Shown: positions 1 through 9,344 of the stretch, piece by piece
How the letters are laid out: every line of letters begins with the position of its first letter
Numbering within the stretch: the stretch's first letter is position 1
From: Nitrosopumilus sp.
Lineage (GTDB): Archaea > Thermoproteota > Nitrososphaeria > Nitrososphaerales > Nitrosopumilaceae
Direction: 5' to 3'
Assembly (NCBI GenBank): GCA_965218695.1
Contig: OZ244651.1
Coordinates: 1,184,001-1,248,000 of the forward strand
DNA length: 64,000 bases
The notes under the pieces: generated by a model
The model's database searches: none
Told to the model about the DNA's origin: nothing
The model's input: the letters and a program-made list of their open reading frames with translations, nothing else
Made by a program: the position numbers and the translations under genes

Positions 1-19
1 CACAGGAGGCACAATACCT

Positions 20-997
20 TTGAGCAGCAGCAGGCCTGTCATGACTGACATGCGCTCAGAGTACTCCCGGGCACTCATCAGGACAGGAAGGACAAATGAC
101 AGGATAGTGGTGCTCGGCGCCGACACGACTGACTCCCTGAAGACTGCCGGGTTTGGCAAAGAGTTTCCCGACAGGTTCTTCAACGTGGGAATTGCCGAGG
201 CAAACCTTGTTACGGTGTCTGCGGGGCTTGCAGCATCCGGCAAGATCCCATTTGCAAGCACGTACGCCATATTCCTTCCGGGCAGGGCAGTAGACCAGAT
301 ACGAAACAACATAGCATATCCGTCCCCGTCCGGGAAAAATGGACTCAACGTAAAGCTGGTGGTGTCCCACGGAGGCCTCTCAGTCGGGCCCGACGGGGGA
401 TCGCACCAGCAGATAGAGGACATTGCCATCATGCGGGCGGTTCCCAACTTTTCTGTGTTCATTCCGGCAGACACCGTTGCAGTCTCTGCACTGATCGACG
501 TGATGGCATCAAGTTATGGGCCGTTTTACATGAGGATGTCAAGATCAAAGACCCCCCTGGTACACCCCGAGTCCCAGGAGTTCCGGACAGGCAGGGGCAT
601 AACGGTCAGGGACGGCTCTGACTGCACCATTGTATCATGCGGAATAACCGTGCACATGGCGCTTGAGGCAGCTGACATGCTGCAGAAGAGCGGTATATCC
701 TGCCGCGTCCTTGACATGTTCTGCGTAAAGCCGATAGACTCTGCGTTGTTGGAAAAGGCCGCGCGCCAGACAGGATGCATCGTGACTGCAGAGGAGCACA
801 ACATCCTTGGGGGCATGGGCTCTGCAGTTGCAGAATCGGTATCAGAATCGCACCCCGTGCCGGTCAAAAGGGTGGGGGTGATGGACATGTTTGGCGAGTC
901 TGCGCGCGACGGGGAGATCCCGCTCCTGTTTGAAAAGCACGGAATCACACCGTTTAATATGGCAAAGCAGGCTACCCTTCTGAGGGAAAAGCTATGA
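20..997 (+). CDS. Transketolase, C-terminal (pyrimidine-binding) subunit
   Basis: RFFNVGIAEANLV, GPDGGSHQ and IVTAEEH motifs; start may be TTG 20 or ATG 41; stop overlaps the transaldolase start (ATGA). Confidence 0.93.
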   Translation: MSSSRPVMTDMRSEYSRALIRTGRTNDRIVVLGADTTDSLKTAGFGKEFPDRFFNVGIAEANLVTVSAGLAASGKIPFASTYAIFLPGRAVDQIRNNIAYPSPSGKNGLNVKLVVSHGGLSVGPDGGSHQQIEDIAIMRAVPNFSVFIPADTVAVSALIDVMASSYGPFYMRMSRSKTPLVHPESQEFRTGRGITVRDGSDCTIVSCGITVHMALEAADMLQKSGISCRVLDMFCVKPIDSALLEKAARQTGCIVTAEEHNILGGMGSAVAESVSESHPVPVKRVGVMDMFGESARDGEIPLLFEKHGITPFNMAKQATLLREKL

Positions 998-1659
998 AGA
1001 TATTTCTTGATACTGCCAACCTGGAATCCATCAGAAGGTTCAACGACATGGGGCTGCTGGACGGCATCACTACAAACCCGTCACTGCTCTCAAAGGAGGG
1101 CGGCAACCCCACGGAGGTGATGGCCCAGATTGCCCAGATTGTCAGCGGCCCTGTAAGCCTGGAGGTGATCAGTACCGACTATGACGGGATGCTTGAGGAG
1201 GGCAGGAGACTCTACGAATACGGCAAGGGAGTGGTAGTCAAGGTTCCGATGACCCCTGACGGCCTGAAGGCGTGCAGGACCATGTCTGCAGACGGCGTTC
1301 CTGTGAATGTGACTTTGGTATTTTCTGCCAACCAGGCCCTGCTTGCGGCAAAGGCGGGGGCTACATACGTGAGTCCGTTCATCGGCAGGCTTGATGACGT
1401 GGGCCAGGACGGCATGCAGCTGATACGGGAGATCAGGGAGATATTTGCAAACTATTCGTTTAAGACGCAGATCCTTGTGGCCAGCGTGCGCCACCCTCTG
1501 CACGTAGTCCAGGCCGCCCGGGTAGGCGCAGACGTGGTGACGCTGCCCCCTGCGGTACTTGACAAGATGATGAAGCACCCCCTGACCAAGATTGGACTGG
1601 AGAGCTTTCTTGCAGACTGGGAGAAGATTCGAAAGGGTGATCCTGAAGTCAGGATCTGA
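994..1659 (+). CDS. tal: Transaldolase / fructose-6-phosphate aldolase family
   Basis: MKIFLDTA, GITTNPSL, VVKVPMT, YVSPFIGRLDD and ASVRHP motifs. Confidence 0.93.
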   Translation: MKIFLDTANLESIRRFNDMGLLDGITTNPSLLSKEGGNPTEVMAQIAQIVSGPVSLEVISTDYDGMLEEGRRLYEYGKGVVVKVPMTPDGLKACRTMSADGVPVNVTLVFSANQALLAAKAGATYVSPFIGRLDDVGQDGMQLIREIREIFANYSFKTQILVASVRHPLHVVQAARVGADVVTLPPAVLDKMMKHPLTKIGLESFLADWEKIRKGDPEVRI

Positions 1660-1682
1660 ATGAAAAAATTCTAAAAAAAGTT

Positions 1683-1949
1683 CTACTTGGTACCCTTGCT
1701 CTTTCTTGAACCGGTGCCTCTTCCTGTAACACGAGTCATTCCTTTCGTGGAAGGCGCCGCCTTTGGGTCCGGCATGTCTCCGAGCTTTCTTGAACCGGTG
1801 CCCCTGCCGGTATGAACAATTCTGTTTGCAGCCTCTTTCTTTCTTGCTGCCTGAATCTTTTTAAATTCGTCTCCAGACCATTTCTTTGGATCGTCGTCAA
1901 CTTCGATTGTTCCAGTGCCTCTGCCGGTTCGTATTTTGATTTTTCCCAT
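1683..1949 (-). CDS. Small basic protein with three TGRGTG repeats, function unknown
   Basis: 88 aa, Lys/Arg-rich; TGRGTG repeated three times with varied codons; AT-rich promoter-like sequence upstream. Confidence 0.8.
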   Translation of the reverse strand: MGKIKIRTGRGTGTIEVDDDPKKWSGDEFKKIQAARKKEAANRIVHTGRGTGSRKLGDMPDPKAAPSTKGMTRVTGRGTGSRKSKGTK

Positions 1950-2246
1950 GTTTTATATTAAAACCTCTTGTATTTATCTACTTGTTGTCTTGGGAACTGC
2001 ATACAAGGATCCACACAGCCAGCCGGCCGTTTGGGAATACGAATGCGTGGCACCCTGCTTTCACTGACCGGCCCGTTCCCCCATGATACAGAGGGAATGC
2101 CGGGCAGAAACCCTGTCTGGGCCCTCATGTTGCCCTTCTGGCCGAATGAGTATGCCAGGACCGCATAGGAGGCACGGTGGAATGATCCGAACCATTCCAT
2201 GCTTGGCTGATGATGATGATGGTGATGGTGGTGATGGTGATGATGT

Positions 2247-3248
2247 CTACTTGCTTATCCAACCCAGTTTTCTAAAGTAGATGAACATCAGGGTTGCAGG
2301 AATTATCGAGGCCACGATGATGATTGTAAATGCAGTGAGCGGTCCGAACAGCATGGCGTCTGAACCCGGCAGGCTGACGTTCATTCCATAGAATGTCCCG
2401 ATTACGGTTGCAGGTATCGCCAGGGTGAATATGATGGTCAGCATTCCCAGCACCTTGTTGGTCTTTTCTGTGCTCAGCACAAAGTCCGTATCCTTGTAGA
2501 TCTCCATGGTCTCCCTTGACTCCTCTAGAGTCTCAATCACCTTGTCTATGTGGTCTATCACGTCGTCAAAGTACAGGCCAAGTTCCTTGTCGCCCCCCTC
2601 CGAGAGCCTCTCGACTCCCCTTGCAATCTCTTGTACGAATTTTTTGAGCGGGTTTGCCATCCTCCTCAACCTGTTGATCTCCCTTCTGAGCAGCGCGATG
2701 CTTCTTGCCACCGACTTTGCCTCGTCAAATACCCCGTCCTCCATCTCGTCCAGGTTTGCTATTATCTTTCGCGACGTGTGCAGAAGATCATCCACCAAGA
2801 CGTCTATAATCTTGTGCAGCATTGTTCCGGGAGACATCGATGCCTGCTCCTTGTCAGAGTCCCTGTAGGATTCTGCAAACTCGACTAGCGGGCCTAGGTC
2901 CCCCTGGTGCACGGTTATCAGAAAGTCTCTTCCGGCAAAGACTGACAGCTGGCTGTTCCTTGACACTCCGGTCTTTTGTGTCAGGGGCGGAAAGTGCAGG
3001 ATTACAAAAAAGTGATCACCATAGCTGTCAAGCTTTGGAAGCTCAAACCTCGTAAGGCAGTCCTCCACGTTGAGCATGTTCAGGCGGTACTCCTCTGCCA
3101 CCTTCTCCATGTACTGCCTGTCGGGGTTTTGAAGGTTCAGCCATGTGAACCGCGTACCTTTTATCCTTTCGTTCTTTTGGACGCCCCCGGCATCCTCTAG
3201 TGGCTTCTTGTTGTGCCGCAGCTTGTTTGATATGAATCCCTTCCTCAA
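2247..3248 (-). CDS. corA: CorA-family Mg2+/Co2+ transporter
   Basis: FYGMN signature between two C-terminal TM helices; FLITVH motif. Confidence 0.93.
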   Translation of the reverse strand: MRKGFISNKLRHNKKPLEDAGGVQKNERIKGTRFTWLNLQNPDRQYMEKVAEEYRLNMLNVEDCLTRFELPKLDSYGDHFFVILHFPPLTQKTGVSRNSQLSVFAGRDFLITVHQGDLGPLVEFAESYRDSDKEQASMSPGTMLHKIIDVLVDDLLHTSRKIIANLDEMEDGVFDEAKSVARSIALLRREINRLRRMANPLKKFVQEIARGVERLSEGGDKELGLYFDDVIDHIDKVIETLEESRETMEIYKDTDFVLSTEKTNKVLGMLTIIFTLAIPATVIGTFYGMNVSLPGSDAMLFGPLTAFTIIIVASIIPATLMFIYFRKLGWISK

Positions 3249-3319
3249 GTCGAAGAATACCCTGTTGCAACAAATTTAAAGCGATCGTTCATGCCGCGCG
3301 GATACGTGCAACCGGCCTA

Positions 3320-3400
3320 CTACTTGAACGGAAGCAGCTCGTTCATTCCGATCCACACGATGACAAGGGCCACGCCCATTCCAATCCACCATAACCGCAT
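3320..3400 (-). CDS. Putative 26-aa single-TM micro-protein (MRLWWIGMGVALVIVWIGMNELLPFK)
   Basis: Translated by hand: ATG at 3400, double TAG stop, hydrophobic core, TTTATTATTA about 25 nt upstream. Below the ORF-track cut-off. Confidence 0.5.
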   Translation of the reverse strand: MRLWWIGMGVALVIVWIGMNELLPFK

Positions 3401-3436
3401 ACATCAAATCAAAAACTAGCTAATAATAAATCTAAA

Positions 3437-3580
3437 GTCCGGGTATCCCGGAGCGGTTCCCTTGGAACGAGCGGTTCAGTCGAACACTTGATGTGACCGG
3501 GCACCACGGCACGGGTCGCCTCAAAGACCTGGCATGACTGCAGAATCCACCCTTTCCAGGCAAACCCCGTGCCTGACTAC
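3437..3580. ncRNA. Candidate structured non-coding RNA, family not recognised
   Basis: GC-rich intergenic segment with stems GGCACGGG/CCCGTGCC, CCTGG/CCAGG, GTTCC/GGAAC, GTTC/GAAC; flanked by AT-rich promoter-like tracts. Confidence 0.4.
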
Positions 3581-3634
3581 ATACGTACCACGAACTCAAA
3601 GATTATTACGGGAGGGTTGCAGTCCTATTCTGGT

Positions 3635-3707
3635 GGCCCTCGTAGTACAGTGGTGAGTATAGGGGATTGTGGATCCCCGGACAGGGGTTCGATTCCCCTC
3701 GAGGGCC
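3635..3707 (+). tRNA. tRNA-His (GUG)
   Basis: Acceptor GCCCTCG/CGAGGGC with G-1, anticodon arm GGGGA-ttGTGga-TCCCC, T-arm GGTTCGATTCC. Confidence 0.96.
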
Positions 3708-3775
3708 TACACAAATCATCATCCTGCATTGGCATGGTGCGTTTGGCATGTATGGTGGTTTCTGGGGGTTGCAGG

Positions 3776-4333
3776 CTAGTTGAATGGGGCAGAAGAGAAT
3801 GTGATGTACTCCTGGTTGAGAACCACCGCAGACACAGTGTCACCGGATGCCAGATTCAGCTTTTGAAGCCCTGCAACCGTCCCGTAAAACAGCGCATAAT
3901 CCAGCTCGGCATCACTAATCTGGGGACTGTACAGCAGATAGTATTGTCCCTCCCCTGCGTCTATGGCATAGGCAAATCCGTCAAGCGGTTGCTCATAGAT
4001 GTGGTCTACCTCCGTCGATTCTGGAGCATGCACTATGACCGGTCTGGTGTCGCCAAGCTGCATCTCTACGATGCCGATTATCTGCCCCGTTCCCTTTACC
4101 ACCTGTCCATTATATGCCGAGTTGTACATGACCAACTCTTCATAACTCACATCCTTTCGAGCCAGCTGCTCAAGTCTATCAAGCGAAGAAGTCCACATCT
4201 GTTCTTCTATCATGTTTATTGCCGTGTAGAATAGTGCCGCGCCGGCTACTGCTATAACCGCGATGATGATTCCTGTGATGATGCCAACCTTTGCTATTAA
4301 TCTCACTGTCTGGCCGTACCCGTACCCCATCAT
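3776..4333 (-). CDS. Hypothetical membrane-anchored protein
   Basis: N-terminal TM helix (VGIITGIIIAVIAVAGAALF); start taken at MMGYGY. Confidence 0.65.
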   Translation of the reverse strand: MMGYGYGQTVRLIAKVGIITGIIIAVIAVAGAALFYTAINMIEEQMWTSSLDRLEQLARKDVSYEELVMYNSAYNGQVVKGTGQIIGIVEMQLGDTRPVIVHAPESTEVDHIYEQPLDGFAYAIDAGEGQYYLLYSPQISDAELDYALFYGTVAGLQKLNLASGDTVSAVVLNQEYITFSSAPFN

Positions 4334-4697
4334 AATAATCCATGTGAGGCAGTAACGATCCACATCGATGCACGTTCTGGTCAATTTTCGGGCATAGATC
4401 TAAAACCTATGCACCTGTTCTGGTATACGCAGAATTTCTATCTCAGAACGCAGAACCGTAAGCAGTATCATGCCATCATGCAACAAGGCTCGGGGGGGGG
4501 AGAGGAGGAGGGAATGCAGATCTGAGTGATTACTCATCCCGGCAAGATATGGGCAGTAGTCGTCTGACCTGATGGGAAATCCAACATTATTCTGTTTGCC
4601 ACCGCCTTGTTAGTGATTCATGCAGTGATGTCGCCATACCGGGATTCAACATAGCCCATACGCGCACAAATCCATGGTAGTGATGCAGCAGCCGGTA

Positions 4698-5045
4698 CTA
4701 GAATATGCCGTACTTGCTTGATTCCATCTCTTCTTTGATGGCAAGCTTGAATCTGGGGGATTTTGACTCCACATTCCTTGTAAGCCATGTCAGGAACTTC
4801 TTCTCGATGGTCTTACCCTTCAGGGCGTTATAGTCTGGCCCCATCGTCTCTGCCAGCTTTTGAATGAGCGTTCTGTTGACACCTAGGACAAAAAAGTGCC
4901 ATCCAAACGCAAACTCCGAATCTGTCATGGCAAACTCGTCTTCTGCGTGGACCATCTCCTCTAGCAGGGCAAGCTGGTGTATGAGTGCCTTGCTAGTCTT
5001 GTCGTAATCGACTGCAGATACGTTGATGTTGAGCCTGCCTTCCAT
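4698..5045 (-). CDS. Hypothetical protein
   Basis: Well-formed globular ORF starting at MEGRLNIN. Confidence 0.7.
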   Translation of the reverse strand: MEGRLNINVSAVDYDKTSKALIHQLALLEEMVHAEDEFAMTDSEFAFGWHFFVLGVNRTLIQKLAETMGPDYNALKGKTIEKKFLTWLTRNVESKSPRFKLAIKEEMESSKYGIF

Positions 5046-5504
5046 ATGTTGTATTCCGCTGTACAAAATAAAAGGATTCCATATGTTGTGTTTCACTGCA
5101 TTCTCCAAAACTGTTCCCCCAATTAGCGTGCAGACACGGAGTGGTCTTGCATGACTTGGGATATTTGGGATGGCGGTGACGGTGCAGTGTAGCCCACAAA
5201 AGTGACTGGCATGGTCATGATTGAAGACAAATGTGTGAGGGGTCGGATCTATGAGATCCGGATGATATTGTCAAATAGAAAATCTGCAAGTGCCATGATG
5301 AATCTAGAGCGGACAAGGACGTTCCTTGTATGGCGTGGGCAATTCTTCTGTTGGTGACATAGATTCTGGCATACCGAGAATATTTTTATGCGTATATGCG
5401 GTACCTTCCCACAATGAGCGTACATCTTCAGCCCATGCCGGCCACAGACACGAATCATGCCTGTTGGTCATTTGTCAGGATATTGACTAGATGATTCTGA
5501 GGGT

Positions 5505-7562
5505 ATGCTGATGAAATATGTGGTGAATGTGTCAACTACACTGGGAAGGGGATTCAAACTGTTAATTCTGCCCGTATTGCTTGTCCTTGTTGTTGTGCCT
5601 GCATCATCGGAGGCTCAGACGGATATGGAACCATTTGTCACCACTTGGCGGATCAATGGCCCTGGCGAGCCGATAACAATCCCGGTAGGCGGCACCACCG
5701 GCACGTACACAATCGATTGGGGTGACGGAACCGTGTCTGCTGATGTGTCCGGAGATCAGACGCACACATACGACACTGCCGGAGACTACACGATCCAGAT
5801 ATACGGTGACTTTACAAGGATTACGCTTGACGAGAACCCATCCGTCGCGCAAAAACTGTTGTCGATAGACCAGTGGGGCGATATCCAATGGATCACAATG
5901 AACTCGGCATTTGTGGGAGCCTCAAGCATGACATACAATGCAATCGATGCACCGGATCTCTCGGCTGTTACTGACATGTCTTCGATGTTTGAAGGCGCCT
6001 CCTCCTTCAACGGCGACCTCTCCGACTGGGACGTCTCAAATGTTGTCAACATGACAAGTACGTTCTCTCAGGCTTCTTACTTCAACGGCGACCTCTCCGA
6101 CTGGGACGTCTCAAATGTTGTCAACATGACAAGTACGTTCTCTCAGGCTTCTTACTTCAACGGCGACCTCTCCGACTGGGACGTCTCGCAGGTCACCGAC
6201 ATGACAAGTACGTTCTCTCAGGCTTCTTACTTCAACGGCGACCTCTCCGACTGGGACGTCTCGCAGGTCACCGACATGACAAGTACGTTCTCTCAGGCTT
6301 CTTACTTCAACGGCGACCTCTCCGACTGGGACGTCTCGCAGGTCACCGACATGGAGAGCATGTTTGAAAATACACCCTTCTTCAACGGCGACCTCTCCGA
6401 CTGGGACGTCTCGCAGGTTACCCGCATGACTAGCATGTTCGAAGATGCGCCCTTCTTCAACGGCGACGTCTCCGACTGGGACGTCTCAAACGTGACTAAC
6501 ATGCGAGATATGTTCTCCGGCGCCTCCTCCTTCGCCGGCGACGTCTCCGACTGGGACGTCTCGCAGGTTACCAGCATGAATAGCATGTTCGAAGATGCGC
6601 CCTCCTTCGACGGCGACGTCTCCGACTGGGACGTCTCAAACGTGACTAACATGCGAGGTATGTTCGCCGGCGCCTCCTCCTTCAACGGCGACGTCTCCGA
6701 CTGGGACATCTCAAATGTTGCCAACATGGAGTTCATGTTTGCTGGTGCCAGCATGTTTGATCAGAACCTAGGTAGCTGGTACATCACACTTGACAATACC
6801 ACAATTGACGATGGCGGTGCCACAGGGGTGGTTGGAGGCATCACCGCGCAAAACTCTCATCTTGACATGCAGGCGCTCACGTATGACATCGGCTCAGGAG
6901 GAGACTCTGACTCCTTTGTTATTGATCGCTCCATCCTCAAGCTTCAGTCGATTCCAGGGCATGCTACAAAACCAACCTATACTGTCAACATAACCTCTAC
7001 AGGGGTTTTTGGCACGGGAAACTTCCGAGTATTTGAAATAACTGCAACCGGAGTACCCAACAACCCGTCCCCGGTCTTGGCTGACACACTCCTTCCTGAT
7101 GCCCCACAGAACCTACGCGCCTCCCTCACCTCAAATTCTGTGACCCTGATTTGGAATCCATCCAATGACGATTCCATTACTGGATACAAGATTTTCTCAC
7201 GGACTCCTGTAGCAATCTCCATAATTTCAGTGCCGGTTGCAGACATGGACAGCACAGGCAGCTCGTATGCCGTTGAGGGTCTTGAGCCGGACACCTCCTA
7301 TGTCTTTTGGATAGTTGCCATCAACGAACACGGGCAATCAGACCACTCCAACCTTGTCAGTTCCACTACAAAACCCCCTGCTGACACAGCTGCCACAACA
7401 CTCACACCGGTTGAGCGGAGCGATGCCCAAGACCATACCGTCAACAGCCAAACGTGCAGAAACGTGCAGCATATACAGGCCCAAACGCCAAACGGCTATA
7501 CGGCATGCGTGTATGAGAGTACAGCTGTAAATCTTGGGTGGATCATAATAAATCCCGAATGA
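5505..7562 (+). CDS. Secreted DUF285 (BspA-like 25-aa repeat) surface protein with PKD, cadherin-like and FN3 domains
   Basis: Signal peptide; YTIDWGDG...HTY PKD motif; ten FNGDLSDWDVSxVTxMxxMF repeats; FN3 (PDAPQNL..VTLIW..GY..GLEPDTSY..VA.N.G). Confidence 0.9.
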   Translation: MLMKYVVNVSTTLGRGFKLLILPVLLVLVVVPASSEAQTDMEPFVTTWRINGPGEPITIPVGGTTGTYTIDWGDGTVSADVSGDQTHTYDTAGDYTIQIYGDFTRITLDENPSVAQKLLSIDQWGDIQWITMNSAFVGASSMTYNAIDAPDLSAVTDMSSMFEGASSFNGDLSDWDVSNVVNMTSTFSQASYFNGDLSDWDVSNVVNMTSTFSQASYFNGDLSDWDVSQVTDMTSTFSQASYFNGDLSDWDVSQVTDMTSTFSQASYFNGDLSDWDVSQVTDMESMFENTPFFNGDLSDWDVSQVTRMTSMFEDAPFFNGDVSDWDVSNVTNMRDMFSGASSFAGDVSDWDVSQVTSMNSMFEDAPSFDGDVSDWDVSNVTNMRGMFAGASSFNGDVSDWDISNVANMEFMFAGASMFDQNLGSWYITLDNTTIDDGGATGVVGGITAQNSHLDMQALTYDIGSGGDSDSFVIDRSILKLQSIPGHATKPTYTVNITSTGVFGTGNFRVFEITATGVPNNPSPVLADTLLPDAPQNLRASLTSNSVTLIWNPSNDDSITGYKIFSRTPVAISIISVPVADMDSTGSSYAVEGLEPDTSYVFWIVAINEHGQSDHSNLVSSTTKPPADTAATTLTPVERSDAQDHTVNSQTCRNVQHIQAQTPNGYTACVYESTAVNLGWIIINPE
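6006..6755 (+). repeat. Ten tandem 75-bp coding repeats
   Basis: Core ggcgac(c/g)tctccgactgggac recurs every 75 bp, with units starting at 6006 through 6681. Confidence 0.95.
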
Positions 7563-7777
7563 CAAGGATACTGGACCTTCAGAGGATGATAGACGCATTT
7601 GGCACAACCCCGGACATCCTGCAGGAGACCTTCAAGTTCCAAAAGGGCGACTGGTTGGTTGTCGGCCATGATGCTACGGGACTCAAGTCAGTACCGATAC
7701 ACGCAGATAATACAGAGGCGGGGATACGGGACGGGAAAACTCCCTTGGGGCATATCCGGCCCCAGCATCTAGGGTGA
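7559..7777 (+). pseudogene. Possible C-terminal remnant of a HerA/DUF87-like ATPase gene
   Basis: Short ORF with KGDWLVVGHDATGLKSVPIHADN resembling C-termini of such ATPases (recollection only); no N-terminal part. Confidence 0.3.
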
Positions 7778-7825
7778 GTATCCGGCAGGACTGTCACAGA
7801 ATCCGGATGCCTGCGATTCTCAGAA

Positions 7826-8581
7826 TCACTCCAGCAGGTGTTCAAAGTCTATGTCAAAGTTCATCTTCATGAGCTTGACGTACGTCCTGATGGATTCTGG
7901 CACCTCATCCCCGCATGCAACGCCGAGCCTTTTTGCATTCGTCCATATCACCAGCGTCTGTATGATGGTCAGAAACCTGTCATTCTTTACATCAGGCGAG
8001 CCTGTGGCCTTTGTGTACCTCTCGGCAAACTCCCAGGCCGTGACAAAATCCACACATCTTACCCCAAACACTGCGAGCACCTGCTTCTGGACGCTTGCAG
8101 CCTTCCTGAACGGCGCCCTGTTGATGATGTACGGGAATCTCACACCATCCGGAAGGCATCCGGGCAGTGGGCCCCACACGGTCACCACCTTGGTTCCGGG
8201 ACTCAGCGTCTCAAACCTTTTCATCATGGCATCTGTGACATCTTCGTCTGCAAACCAAAACAGCACCACCGTGGCATCTGAGATGTCTGCCTCCCTGACA
8301 TCGCTGCACACCATCTGCACCCTGTCCCTGTCCCCCAGGCCAGCCTGTGCAAGGCGTATCTTCTCTGCACTGTTGTCTACCCCGACTGCCCGTGCGGCCT
8401 GGAACTCGTCTGTTGCAATACACGCACTCCTTGCATCCCCGCACCCCAGATGATAAAAGACATCACCTGGACCCAGTTCCACAAACCGAAAGATCTCCCT
8501 TAGCATCTTATCTGATACCAGTATGTCTTCCCCGCTAAGCAGGTTCTCTGGCAGCGTCTGGAGGTACTCTTCTATTTTCAA
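7826..8581 (-). CDS. Class I SAM-dependent methyltransferase
   Basis: DVFYHLGCGDAR motif I; AVGVD; DISDATVVLFW. Confidence 0.85.
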   Translation of the reverse strand: MKIEEYLQTLPENLLSGEDILVSDKMLREIFRFVELGPGDVFYHLGCGDARSACIATDEFQAARAVGVDNSAEKIRLAQAGLGDRDRVQMVCSDVREADISDATVVLFWFADEDVTDAMMKRFETLSPGTKVVTVWGPLPGCLPDGVRFPYIINRAPFRKAASVQKQVLAVFGVRCVDFVTAWEFAERYTKATGSPDVKNDRFLTIIQTLVIWTNAKRLGVACGDEVPESIRTYVKLMKMNFDIDFEHLLE

Positions 8582-8727
8582 CGGTAATGCTGTCGCATCC
8601 TGAAATTTATTCCCTTGTGAGATTACCTGCGGTGTCGTCAGAGCCGTCCCGGATTCTATGGGGTGCGGCGTGCAAGGACGTCCTGTCTCATGTGTGATGC
8701 CAAAACGGGATTCTGGTGTTTGAGGTT

Positions 8728-8997
8728 TTATTCCCTGATGCTTTCAAGCTTTGATACTGCCTGCCACAACTGCGTCCTGACGTATGATGGCATGTTGGGA
8801 TCCTGCGTGACGTCATCCAGCAGGCTTATGGTGTTTGCGGCCCTTACAGACAGTGAGTACTCGTCACTCTTTAGCTCCGTGACCAGGTCAGCAACCGACT
8901 TTTTTATCGTCTTTGGAGTGGAGTTGTTTGAGGCGATCTGGTTTAGCGTCTCGATTGCGTCCTTCATTGATTCCTTGTTCTGTTCACTGCTTGCCAT
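8728..8997 (-). CDS. UPF0147 family protein
   Basis: SVRAANTISLLDDVTQDPNMPSYVRTQLWQAVSKLE signature. Confidence 0.9.
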   Translation of the reverse strand: MASSEQNKESMKDAIETLNQIASNNSTPKTIKKSVADLVTELKSDEYSLSVRAANTISLLDDVTQDPNMPSYVRTQLWQAVSKLESIRE

Positions 8998-9032
8998 CGT
9001 TACCAACTATCCTGATGCCCCTGCGTATATAG

Positions 9033-9344
9033 TTACATCTCCACAAATACGTCACCTGACTCCACCTTGACCGTGTATGACGTAAGATCCCTTATCTTGA
9101 CCGGAAACTTGCTCAGCTTTCCTGTTTTGCACTCAAACTGGGCCCCGTGCCAGCCGCATGTAACGGTACATCCGTCCAGCGCACCCTCTGAGAGGCTTGC
9201 CCCTGCATGTGTGCACGTATCGTCTGCGGCGCAGTACTCTCCGTCGATGTTTGCAACCATAATGTCTAGGCCGTTAACTGATGCCTTTACCATGCTTCCG
9301 GGAGGAATGTCTGCTGCCTTTCCAACCTTGATTCTGTCCATCAT
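9033..9344 (-). CDS. Rieske-type [2Fe-2S] ferredoxin
   Basis: CTH...CGWH ligand motifs; start at ATG 9344 or 9341 rather than 9578. Confidence 0.92.
   Translation of the reverse strand: MMDRIKVGKAADIPPGSMVKASVNGLDIMVANIDGEYCAADDTCTHAGASLSEGALDGCTVTCGWHGAQFECKTGKLSKFPVKIRDLTSYTVKVESGDVFVEM

Noticed and set aside
3569-4234. 221-aa plus-strand ORF
   Set aside because: It overlaps tRNA-His and is antisense to a better ORF.
6006-6755. Regular repeats resembling a CRISPR array
   Set aside because: The period is 75 bp, in frame within a protein; intervening sequences are homologous rather than unique spacers; no cas genes are present.
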